In this document: in pieces, positions 52,298-59,870 of the stretch
Position numbering within the stretch: position 1 is the first letter of the stretch
Layout: each line of letters opens with the position of its first letter
Translations under genes and position numbers: made by a program
The notes under the pieces: model-generated
Seen by the model: the letters and a program-made list of their open reading frames with translations, nothing else
What the model was told of the DNA's origin: nothing
The model's database searches: none
From: an uncultured Dehalococcoidales bacterium
Lineage (GTDB): Bacteria > Chloroflexota > Dehalococcoidia > GIF9 > AB-539-J10
Assembly: GCA_964394145.1 (NCBI GenBank)
Contig: CAYMVL010000033.1
Location: forward strand, 711-64,710
Reading direction: 5' to 3'
DNA length: 64,000 bases

Positions 52298-53077
52298 ATG
52301 ACTAGAGTAATTGTCTCTACCGGAAGGGGTGGAGTAGGCAAATCGACTTTCGCGGCTTTGGCTGGCAAGTACCTGGATCCTCCAAAGCTTTTGATAGATC
52401 TCGACCCCGACGAGAGCCTAGCTGATATGCTCGGGATAGAGCCGAAAGTGAGAGAGAAGACTATTTCGGGTGTACTATACGACGTTATAGAAGGAAATAG
52501 GGGCGCAGGGCGCACAGGCTACGGTCTCTTATCTGAAGTGATGCAATCTGTGGTATACAAAGGGGAAGGCTTTGATTTCATTGGTCTGGGCACAAAGTTC
52601 ACCGTGGGCTGTTATTGTGCCCCGGATGCAGTGCTGAAGGACTTGATCCCTAGTATAGCCAAGAATTACAGGGAGGTGGTAATAGACTCACCTGCCGGGC
52701 TTGAGCACTTTAATAGGAAAGTGGTGGTGGATATAGATGATCTATTCATAATTCTGGATCCATCGGACAAATCGATAAAGCATATAGAAAGAGTCAAGGA
52801 TATTGTTAGAGAAGTGAAAGTCAGCTATAATCATCTCTACCTCATAGGGAACTACAGGTTCACCGAGGAGACTGAAGAATATTTGAAGGACACTCGTGAA
52901 GTGTATTTAGGCAAAATAGACTACGATGCGGATGTAAAGCGATATAATTTAGAAGGGAGGTCTCTTATAGAATTGCCTGATGATTCTCCTGCCGCCCTTT
53001 GCGTAAGGAGGATTCTGGAGAAGGCAGGCTATACAATTACGTACGAAGATTTGAGATCAACCCGGATAATAGAGTAG
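52298..53077 (+). CDS. cooC: CooC/AcsF-family ATPase, copy 3
   Basis: The product begins MTRVIVSTGRGGVGKSTFAALAGKYL and contains ...GCYCAPDA. It is co-linear with copy 2 (compare LIDLDPDLSLADMLG with LIDLDPDESLADMLG). The ATG at 52298 is preferred over the track's TTG at 52280. Confidence 0.75.
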   Translation: MTRVIVSTGRGGVGKSTFAALAGKYLDPPKLLIDLDPDESLADMLGIEPKVREKTISGVLYDVIEGNRGAGRTGYGLLSEVMQSVVYKGEGFDFIGLGTKFTVGCYCAPDAVLKDLIPSIAKNYREVVIDSPAGLEHFNRKVVVDIDDLFIILDPSDKSIKHIERVKDIVREVKVSYNHLYLIGNYRFTEETEEYLKDTREVYLGKIDYDADVKRYNLEGRSLIELPDDSPAALCVRRILEKAGYTITYEDLRSTRIIE

Positions 53078-53117
53078 CCAGTGATTTATTCTTATAAAAA
53101 GCCAGGAGGTATGGTCA

Positions 53118-53849
53118 ATGAATGCACAAGTGCGAAAACCTTTTGAAGATGTCTTGGGATATCTTGAGGGGAAGAAGAAGATAGTGGTTATGGGATGTGG
53201 AGGATGCGCTACAATCTTCCATACTGGTGGTATACGAGATGTTGATGAGATGGCAGAGAAGCTTACGGAGGCGGGGAAGGAGGTAATAGGTAAAATCGGG
53301 CTACCTTTTGGGGTATTTACGTGCTATCTTCCCATGTCTTCTATGTTCCTGAATGAACACAGAAAGGAAATAGAGGAGTGCGATGCGATACTAATGCAGG
53401 CTTGTGGCGACGGGGCGCAGGCGGTGCGGGGCTATTTGGAGGATGAGTGGGGTATCGTCAAGCCGATATACCCATCTAACGATGCCCTTGGGTTTTCCAG
53501 TGGAGGTCCCAGTGATTTCAAGGAGGAATGTGGGGCATGTGGGGAGTGTGAGCTTGGGAAGACTTTTGGTATTTGTCCTTTCATACAGTGCCCTAAGGGG
53601 TTGCTTAATGGTCCCTGCGGTGGAACGACTGAAGAGGGTAAGTGCGAGGTGGATCCTACGCGAGACTGCGCTTGGGCTATGATTTATAAGAGGGCAGTAG
53701 AGCTTGGTGAGCTTGATCAGCTTCTGGACATAATTGAGCCGCATCATTGGAGTAAAAAAGTCCACCCAAGATCATTAACGGTTGAACCTATTGACCTTAT
53801 GGAGGAACTGAAGGGAACGAAGAGAGTCATAGAGGCACTAGGGCTATGA
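53118..53849 (+). CDS. metV: MetV-like Cys-rich protein (methylene-THF reductase C-terminal-domain family partner subunit)
   Basis: The 243-aa product contains GCGGCAT, CGACGECELGKTFGICPFIQCPKGLLNGPCGG and GKCEVDPTRDCAWAMIY. These resemble the Zn/Fe-S-binding MTHFR_C small subunit found next to metF in acetogens. AGGAGG lies 9 nt upstream. Confidence 0.6.
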   Translation: MNAQVRKPFEDVLGYLEGKKKIVVMGCGGCATIFHTGGIRDVDEMAEKLTEAGKEVIGKIGLPFGVFTCYLPMSSMFLNEHRKEIEECDAILMQACGDGAQAVRGYLEDEWGIVKPIYPSNDALGFSSGGPSDFKEECGACGECELGKTFGICPFIQCPKGLLNGPCGGTTEEGKCEVDPTRDCAWAMIYKRAVELGELDQLLDIIEPHHWSKKVHPRSLTVEPIDLMEELKGTKRVIEALGL

Positions 53850-53912
53850 TTTGAGGCCCTGTTGTGACTCCGGCCATAAGGCGGTGAGGGGAGTAGCAAG
53901 CAGAAGGAAAGC

Positions 53913-54782
53913 ATGAGCAGATTCAGCGAAGCGTTACAATCGCACAAGTTTGTGGTAACAGGTGAAATCGGCCCACCCAAGGGAGTTGATATTGGCGAGA
54001 TGCTAGAAGCAGCCAAGCTATACAAAGGAAGAGTTGTGGCAGTAAACGTTACTGACCAGCAAAGTGCTGTTATGAGGTTAGGTTCACTGGCAGTTTCACA
54101 TCTTCTTAAACAAATGGAGCTGGAGCCTATTTTCCAGATAACTTGCCGTGACCGTAATCGTATTGCAATACAATCAGATTTGCTCAGTGCCCATGTCTTG
54201 GGAATTGAGAATGTGCTTTGTCTGACCGGCGACTATGTCACTTTAGGTGATCATCCTCAGGCTAAGCCTGTTTTTGATCTTGATTCAGTGTCATTGCTTC
54301 AAACTGCCGTCCAATTGCAGCAGGGTAAGGATTTAGCCGGTAAGGAACTTCAGGGTTCCCCTAAATTCTTCCTGGGTGCTATAGTAACTCCGGGGGCTAA
54401 TCCTCTAGAGCCACAGATTATCAAAATGGAGAAGAAGGTCAAGGCCGGCGCTCAGTTTTTGCAGACTCAGGCTGTCTATGAGCCGAAGAAGTTCGAGGAA
54501 TTCATACAACAGGTGAAACATATCGGTGTACCGGTGCTGGCGGGGATCATCCTTTTGAAGTCGGCCGGTATGGCTCGCTTCATGAATAGAAATGTTGCTG
54601 GGGTGCATGTCCCCGATAATCTTATCGAGGAGATGGAAAAGGCAGAGAATAAGGCAGATAAGAGCATTGAGATTGCCGCTCGGTTGATTAGTGAGCTCAG
54701 AGGGCTTTGCCAGGGGGTGCACATTATGCCCATCGGCTGGGAGAAAAGGGTTCCTGCAGTCTTAGATGCTGCTAAATTGTAG
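53913..54782 (+). CDS. metF: Methylenetetrahydrofolate reductase (acetogen-type MetF, no C-terminal regulatory domain), copy 1
   Basis: The 289-aa TIM barrel begins ...KFVVTGEIGPPKG and contains ...VNVTDQQSAVMRL...CRDRNRIAIQS...LCLTGDY. It is a paralog of copy 2. Confidence 0.75.
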   Translation: MSRFSEALQSHKFVVTGEIGPPKGVDIGEMLEAAKLYKGRVVAVNVTDQQSAVMRLGSLAVSHLLKQMELEPIFQITCRDRNRIAIQSDLLSAHVLGIENVLCLTGDYVTLGDHPQAKPVFDLDSVSLLQTAVQLQQGKDLAGKELQGSPKFFLGAIVTPGANPLEPQIIKMEKKVKAGAQFLQTQAVYEPKKFEEFIQQVKHIGVPVLAGIILLKSAGMARFMNRNVAGVHVPDNLIEEMEKAENKADKSIEIAARLISELRGLCQGVHIMPIGWEKRVPAVLDAAKL

Positions 54783-54812
54783 ATGCTATGATGGTATAAT
54801 AATAGGAATAAT

Positions 54813-55973
54813 GTGATGAGCGATAAACAAGTTATTAATCCTGATTCGTTAGATAGAGAAGCGCTATTGCAGGTCCTGAGAAAGTCCAGCCTATTTCAAG
54901 GGGCGGAGGAAGAGGAATTATCGAGGATAGCCGGTTTTTCTCATGAAGAAAGGTTCGAGCCAGGAGAAGTCATAGTTGCTGAAGGTGAAGTTGCCGAGAA
55001 AGTGTATATTGTGGAGGAGGGAGAGGTAGGGCTTGAGGCTAGTCTATCTGCGCGGCCTGGCTCAGAGAGACGGGGTACCATAGGACTTGTTGTTCAAGGA
55101 GAAGCTTTTGGTTGGTCAGCCATCTTAGAAGGCCGACTGACAATGACTGCTCGAGCTATCTCAGCTGTTAGGGCCATTGTCATTGATAGCCATGCCTTGA
55201 ACGCTCTCCTTGTTACGGACACGAGGCTCTGCTCCACTGTGATGAGGGGAATAGTAGAGATTGTTTCTCTTCGGCTTACGAACACCATAACCATGCTGGC
55301 ACATATTCTGTCGGTTGCATCTCACGATCTTAAGTCACCTCTGGCTGCTGTGCAGAGCTATCTTCAGGTAATTCTTGGTGGTTTTGTTGGTGAGCTAAAT
55401 GAGAAGCAAAGGGAGATGCTCTCTCGGAGCTGCACGAGAATTGCGGAATTCCTTGAGATGATTGATAACATCTTGGATGTTTCTCGCTTTGAATCTGGGC
55501 AGATGGAAATGGCCGAGCTGTCTCTGAATGATATAGTGCGTGATAGCACCGAGATACTTCGTCCTCTGGCTGATGAGAAGCAGTTGAGTCTTAATCTGGA
55601 CCTACCTGATGAAACGCAGAAAGCTAAAGGCTCAGCGACACGACTCAAGCAAGTAGTCTCTAACTTGGTAGGAAATGCCATCAAGTTCACTCCCAGCGGA
55701 GGCAAAATTTCTGTTAAGTTAACGGAAGATGATGCCTACCACAGGGTAGAAGTGGCTGATACGGGCGTGGGCGTTTCTCCTGAGGACCTACCCAGGATAT
55801 TTGATGATTTTTATCGTGGGGTAGCTGGAGACACCGAAGCTAAAGGGAGTGGTTTGGGTCTTTCGATTAGCAAGAAGATTATCGAGGCTCACGGTGGCAG
55901 AATTTGGGTTGAGAGCCCTTGTTCTGAGACGGGTAAGGGTAGCAAATTCATTTTTGTCCTGCGCAAGGGCTAA
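54813..55973 (+). CDS. Soluble sensor histidine kinase with N-terminal cyclic-nucleotide-binding (Crp-like effector) domain
   Basis: The cNMP-binding domain contains LFQGAEEEELSRIAGFSHEERFEPGEVIVAEGE...ERRGTIGLVVQGEAFGWSAI. The HisKA H-box is SHDLKSPLAAVQSYLQ. The HATPase_c domain contains GLGLSISKKIIEAHGGRIWVES. No TM helices are present. Confidence 0.8.
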   Translation: MMSDKQVINPDSLDREALLQVLRKSSLFQGAEEEELSRIAGFSHEERFEPGEVIVAEGEVAEKVYIVEEGEVGLEASLSARPGSERRGTIGLVVQGEAFGWSAILEGRLTMTARAISAVRAIVIDSHALNALLVTDTRLCSTVMRGIVEIVSLRLTNTITMLAHILSVASHDLKSPLAAVQSYLQVILGGFVGELNEKQREMLSRSCTRIAEFLEMIDNILDVSRFESGQMEMAELSLNDIVRDSTEILRPLADEKQLSLNLDLPDETQKAKGSATRLKQVVSNLVGNAIKFTPSGGKISVKLTEDDAYHRVEVADTGVGVSPEDLPRIFDDFYRGVAGDTEAKGSGLGLSISKKIIEAHGGRIWVESPCSETGKGSKFIFVLRKG

Positions 55974-55995
55974 GATTAATAAGCGAAAGGAATTT

Positions 55996-56919
55996 ATGGT
56001 GATGAAAGCAGGAACTAATCTGGAAAGAGTCTTAGAAAGCGGCGCTTTCGCGGTCACTGCTGAAGCGGCTCCAGCTAAGGGAGCTATCAGCAGCGTTATT
56101 GAGAGGAAGGGGGAGATGCTTAAGCTCTATTGTGACGCCGTGAATGTCACCGACAACCAATCAGCGGTGGTTAGAATGTCGAGCTGGAGCAGTTGTGTTC
56201 TGCTAAAAAGCTTTGGCATCGACCCGGTAATGCAAATTGTTGTGCGGGATAGGAACCGGCTAGCCATCCAAAGCGACGTTTTGGGTGCTGTATCTTTGGG
56301 CATCCAGAATATCTTATGCTTATCGGGAGACCATCAATCTCTTGGCAACCATCCCGACGCCAAAGGAGTCTATGATATCGATTCTATCCAGTTGATTCAA
56401 ATGTTGAAGGCTATGCGGGATGAAAAGAAGTTTCAGAATGGTGAAGAAATATCAGGGGATGTGCCTGTCTTCATCGGTGCTGCATGTAATCCCTTCGCTG
56501 CGCCGTTTGAGTATAGAGTCCTGCGGTTAGTTAAGAAGGTGAAGGCTGGAGCTGATTTTATTCAGAGTCAGGCTATTTTTGATGTGTCAAAGTTTGCTAA
56601 ATGGATGGAGATGGTTAGAGATCGGGGCTTGGATAAGCAGGTACATATCCTCGCCGGGCTTGTTCCTGTAAAATCACTGGGTATGGCCCGATACATGAGG
56701 GACTATGTCTCCGGCATTTATGTGCCGGACGAAGTTATCAGTCGTTTGGAAGACGCCAAAAACGCTAAAGAGGAAGGAATCAAGATATGTCTCGAGACAA
56801 TTGAGCAGCTGAAAGAGATCGAAGGGGTCCACGGGATACATATTATGGCTGTTGCCTGGGAAGAGGTTGTTCCTCGCATTGTAGAGGAAGCTAAGCTCCT
56901 TCCCAGACCGGTGGTATAA
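55996..56919 (+). CDS. metF: Methylenetetrahydrofolate reductase (MetF), copy 2
   Basis: The product begins MVMKAGTNLERVLESGAFAVTAEAAPAKG and contains ...VNVTDNQSAVVRM...VRDRNRLAIQS...LCLSGDH. It is co-linear with copy 1. The start is the ATG at 55996, because the track ORF from 55849 overlaps the kinase gene. Confidence 0.75.
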   Translation: MVMKAGTNLERVLESGAFAVTAEAAPAKGAISSVIERKGEMLKLYCDAVNVTDNQSAVVRMSSWSSCVLLKSFGIDPVMQIVVRDRNRLAIQSDVLGAVSLGIQNILCLSGDHQSLGNHPDAKGVYDIDSIQLIQMLKAMRDEKKFQNGEEISGDVPVFIGAACNPFAAPFEYRVLRLVKKVKAGADFIQSQAIFDVSKFAKWMEMVRDRGLDKQVHILAGLVPVKSLGMARYMRDYVSGIYVPDEVISRLEDAKNAKEEGIKICLETIEQLKEIEGVHGIHIMAVAWEEVVPRIVEEAKLLPRPVV

Positions 56920-56941
56920 GTCTTGGAAAAAAGGAGGCATA

Positions 56942-57346
56942 ATGGCGGACCAGCAGAAGATATTGATTGTCGATGATGACCCGGATATTCTAGTAGCAAT
57001 TGGGGCTGTCTTGGAGGCACGAAACTACCAGGTAGTCACTGCGAATGACGGAGAAGAAGGTCTGAGTAAACTCAAGGAGGAAAGGCCTGACTTGATGATT
57101 TTGGATCTCCTGATGCCTCGAAAGGATGGCTTTGCGGTTTGCAAGGAATTGCGAGACCCTAGGTGGTCAAAGTATAGCAGTATTCCAATCCTGATTCTCA
57201 CTTCGGTGAGGGAAGAGGTGAGCCGAAGGCGATATGAACTCGAGACCGGTTTGAGCCTCGATGTTGACGACTATGTTGAAAAGCCCATTGACCCATTTGT
57301 GCTGGCTGAACGAGTGGAAAAGCTTCTGAAAAGGGCGAAGTCGTAG
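56942..57346 (+). CDS. Receiver-only response regulator (CheY-like, no output domain), copy 1
   Basis: The 134-aa product contains KILIVDDDPDIL...LMILDLLMPRKDGF...VEKP. It is a REC domain with the phospho-acceptor Asp in ILDLLMP. AGGAGG lies upstream. Confidence 0.8.
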   Translation: MADQQKILIVDDDPDILVAIGAVLEARNYQVVTANDGEEGLSKLKEERPDLMILDLLMPRKDGFAVCKELRDPRWSKYSSIPILILTSVREEVSRRRYELETGLSLDVDDYVEKPIDPFVLAERVEKLLKRAKS

Positions 57347-57429
57347 TGGTCAGACGTTTGCTTAGCCAAGAAGATGAAAGGCAAAGATCCTCGGTGCGGC
57401 CTGAGGATAGGAATAGCTGAGGTAAGAGA

Positions 57430-57819
57430 ATGGGGCAACCTTCTAAGATTCTTCTAATCGACGATGACCCTGATTTTGTCGAGGCAACTAGGGTTGTACT
57501 GGAGAGCCAGCCCTTTACGGTGATCACTGCTCTAGGCGGCGAGGAGGGTTTAAGGAAGGCGCGTGACGAAAAGCCTGATTTAGTACTGCTGGATATAATT
57601 ATGCCCGGAGTGGACGGCTTTCAGGTCTGCCAGCAACTGAAAAAGGATCCTGAATTGGCCCAGATTCCAGTGATCATGATTACATCGTTCTCGCAGCATT
57701 ATATGGATACTTCGTTAGGGATTGGCCAAGGGCTCAGTTTGGAAGCTGAAGATTTTGTTGATAAGCCCGTTGCCCCGGCTGAGCTTCTCATACGAGTTAA
57801 TAAGTGGTTGCCGAAGTAG
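57430..57819 (+). CDS. Receiver-only response regulator (CheY-like, no output domain), copy 2
   Basis: The 129-aa product contains KILLIDDDPDFV...LVLLDIIMPGVDGF...VDKP. It is a paralog of copy 1. Confidence 0.8.
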   Translation: MGQPSKILLIDDDPDFVEATRVVLESQPFTVITALGGEEGLRKARDEKPDLVLLDIIMPGVDGFQVCQQLKKDPELAQIPVIMITSFSQHYMDTSLGIGQGLSLEAEDFVDKPVAPAELLIRVNKWLPK

Positions 57820-57885
57820 ACAACATTTGTGAGACTGACCCGGAGAAGGCTTTTCTTCAAGGTCTATTGAGGAGTTGGAATTCAA

Positions 57886-58449
57886 ATGGTTGGTCAGCTA
57901 ATTCGAGTGTCGGAGCTTGATGCCAGCTTCAAACAGGAAGTTGTCTTTCGTGAACCTTCCTGTGCTTTGAGTGCTTGTTACTACTGTGGAACTTGCACGG
58001 GCGGATGCCCTACCCATGCACTACATCCTGAGCATGACCCGAGAAAGATAGTGAGGATGATAAATCTTGGGATGAAGGGAGATGTGTTAAGCAGTGTCTA
58101 TATCTGGTATTGCTCTGAAAAATGTTTTCTCTGTGAGAAATTCTGCCCCCAGAGTGTGATGTTCTCTAGTATATGGAACGTTCTAAGGCATATGGTGGTG
58201 GAAGGGGGATACCCGCTTCCCATTTCAATTAATGAGGATGGCTGCTCTGGATGCGGCATCTGTGTTGCTTCATGTCCCAATACAGCTATGGAACTCTACA
58301 CACAGAACGGCAATAGAATTGCCCATGTGGTCGCTAACTTATGCAAGGGCTGCGGAGCATGCAGTGCAGCCTGTCCGTCTGGAGCAATCTCAATAAAGCT
58401 CTTTGAAGACGAGAATATTTCTGCTCAAATAGAAGCGCTTGCGGCATAA
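57886..58449 (+). CDS. hdrC: HdrC-like iron-sulfur protein with additional C-terminal 2x[4Fe-4S] ferredoxin domain
   Basis: The product contains CYYCGTCTGGCP and CSEKCFLCEKFCPQ (an HdrC-type double C-x2-C-x2-C-x3-CP). It also contains CSGCGICVASCP and CKGCGACSAACP. The product is 187 aa. Confidence 0.7.
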   Translation: MVGQLIRVSELDASFKQEVVFREPSCALSACYYCGTCTGGCPTHALHPEHDPRKIVRMINLGMKGDVLSSVYIWYCSEKCFLCEKFCPQSVMFSSIWNVLRHMVVEGGYPLPISINEDGCSGCGICVASCPNTAMELYTQNGNRIAHVVANLCKGCGACSAACPSGAISIKLFEDENISAQIEALAA

Positions 58450-58458
58450 GGTATAGAA

Positions 58459-58971
58459 TTGCGGAGTGAATCAGTTAGAGCAACAGAACTCGATCCGGAT
58501 TTTAAGCGCGAGGTGATGGCTCATGAGGGTGCTCGCAACATAACCGCCTGTTTTTACTGCGGAACCTGCACGGCAGCATGTCCTGTCCATGAAGTGCTCC
58601 CTGAGTTTGATCCGAGAAAGATGGCCAGGATGGTAAATCTGGGCCTGAAGAACAATCTCTTGAGCAGCCCTTATATTTGGGACTGCACCACTTGCCTTGA
58701 GTGTGTGGAAAGTTGCCCTCAGAATGTAAATTTTTTCGAAGTGCTGAACGTGCTAAAGAACATGGCGGCACAGGAAGGATATGCACCTCCTGCTTGGGTT
58801 AACCAGACAAAGCAGGTTATGCAATCGGGCCTGGTGTTCCCCACTGAGGAAGCGTGGGTAAATAGAAGAGAAGAACTTGGCCTTCGTCCACTAAAATCTG
58901 AAGGGAAAGGGGCAGCGAAGTTAATCCAATCGACTGGTGCTGATAAGATCAGAGAGAAGAAGCAGTCATGA
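58459..58971 (+). CDS. hdrC: HdrC-like iron-sulfur protein, copy 2
   Basis: The product contains CFYCGTCTAACP and CTTCLECVESCPQ. Its N-terminus is co-linear with copy 1 (compare VRATELDPDFKREV with IRVSELDASFKQEV). It has a TTG start and is 170 aa. Confidence 0.65.
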   Translation: MRSESVRATELDPDFKREVMAHEGARNITACFYCGTCTAACPVHEVLPEFDPRKMARMVNLGLKNNLLSSPYIWDCTTCLECVESCPQNVNFFEVLNVLKNMAAQEGYAPPAWVNQTKQVMQSGLVFPTEEAWVNRREELGLRPLKSEGKGAAKLIQSTGADKIREKKQS

Positions 58972-59852
58972 GCAAGTATGCCCTGTTCTTAGGTTGCACC
59001 ACTCCCATAAGAGTCCCTCAGTACGAACTATCTACCAGATGGCTTTGTGAGCATTTTGGGGTCGAGCTAATCGACGTTCAAGATTTCGTGTGTTGCGGTG
59101 CTAATCAGATTAACATAAGTATGGAAAGCGGCCTTCTATTGTCCGCAATGAACCTGGCTCTTGCTGAAGCTGAGAATCTGGATATCGTTACTCTTTGCCC
59201 CTGGTGTTTCACTGCTTTAGCAGCGGGAGTGGAGGAGCTCAAGAAGGAAGAGGTGAAAGCCGAGGTAAATAGGGAGCTATCAACAATAGGCCTGCGCTAT
59301 AGCGGGAGAACGAGAGTAAAGCACATATCAAGAGTTCTTTATGAGGACATAGGTCTGGAAAGGATTAAGCAAGAGGTGAGGAGAGACTTGTCCAAGATTA
59401 GAGTGGCGCCGCATTATGGCTGTCGCTATCTAAGGCCAAGATGGGCCTCCAAAGGATTTGATGAACCCAATGATCCTAAGACTCTTCACCAGCTTGTCTC
59501 TGCTACCGGTGCCGTTCCTGTCGATTATGAGACTATTCATTTGTGCTGTGGAGGCAAAGTCTTCCCTGTTTCAGAGAACCTGGCTCATTCCTTGATAAGG
59601 AAGAAGCTTGATAATCTGGATAGTAAAGAGGTGGATTGTATGGTTGTTCTGTGTCAGACATGCTACCTCATGTATGCCACCCAACAGGGAAAGGTGTCGG
59701 AGAAGTCTAATGGTCAGTATAAGCTACCCATTATTCTTTACCCTCAACTTCTTGGTCTTGCCATAGGGGCAGATCCAGTATCTGACCTTGGCCTTAACTT
59801 GAATGTGCCTGCTGTCGACGCAGTAATAGCAAAGGTCGGGAACGGTTTATAA
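58968..59852 (+). CDS. hdrB: HdrB-like protein with two CCG (Cys-rich) domains
   Basis: The first CCG domain contains FLGCTTP...FVCCGANQ...LCPWCF. The second contains HYGCRYL...HLCCGGK...LCQTCY. The product is 294 aa and overlaps the hdrC stop by 4 nt. Confidence 0.75.
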   Translation: MSKYALFLGCTTPIRVPQYELSTRWLCEHFGVELIDVQDFVCCGANQINISMESGLLLSAMNLALAEAENLDIVTLCPWCFTALAAGVEELKKEEVKAEVNRELSTIGLRYSGRTRVKHISRVLYEDIGLERIKQEVRRDLSKIRVAPHYGCRYLRPRWASKGFDEPNDPKTLHQLVSATGAVPVDYETIHLCCGGKVFPVSENLAHSLIRKKLDNLDSKEVDCMVVLCQTCYLMYATQQGKVSEKSNGQYKLPIILYPQLLGLAIGADPVSDLGLNLNVPAVDAVIAKVGNGL

Positions 59853-59870
59853 GAAACAGGATCATGAAAA

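Noticed and set aside
55849-55995. The 5' extension of the second metF ORF as drawn in the ORF track (from 55849).
   Set aside because: It overlaps the 3' end of the histidine kinase gene in another frame. The paralog alignment with MetF copy 1 and the ATG at 55996 support the shorter gene.
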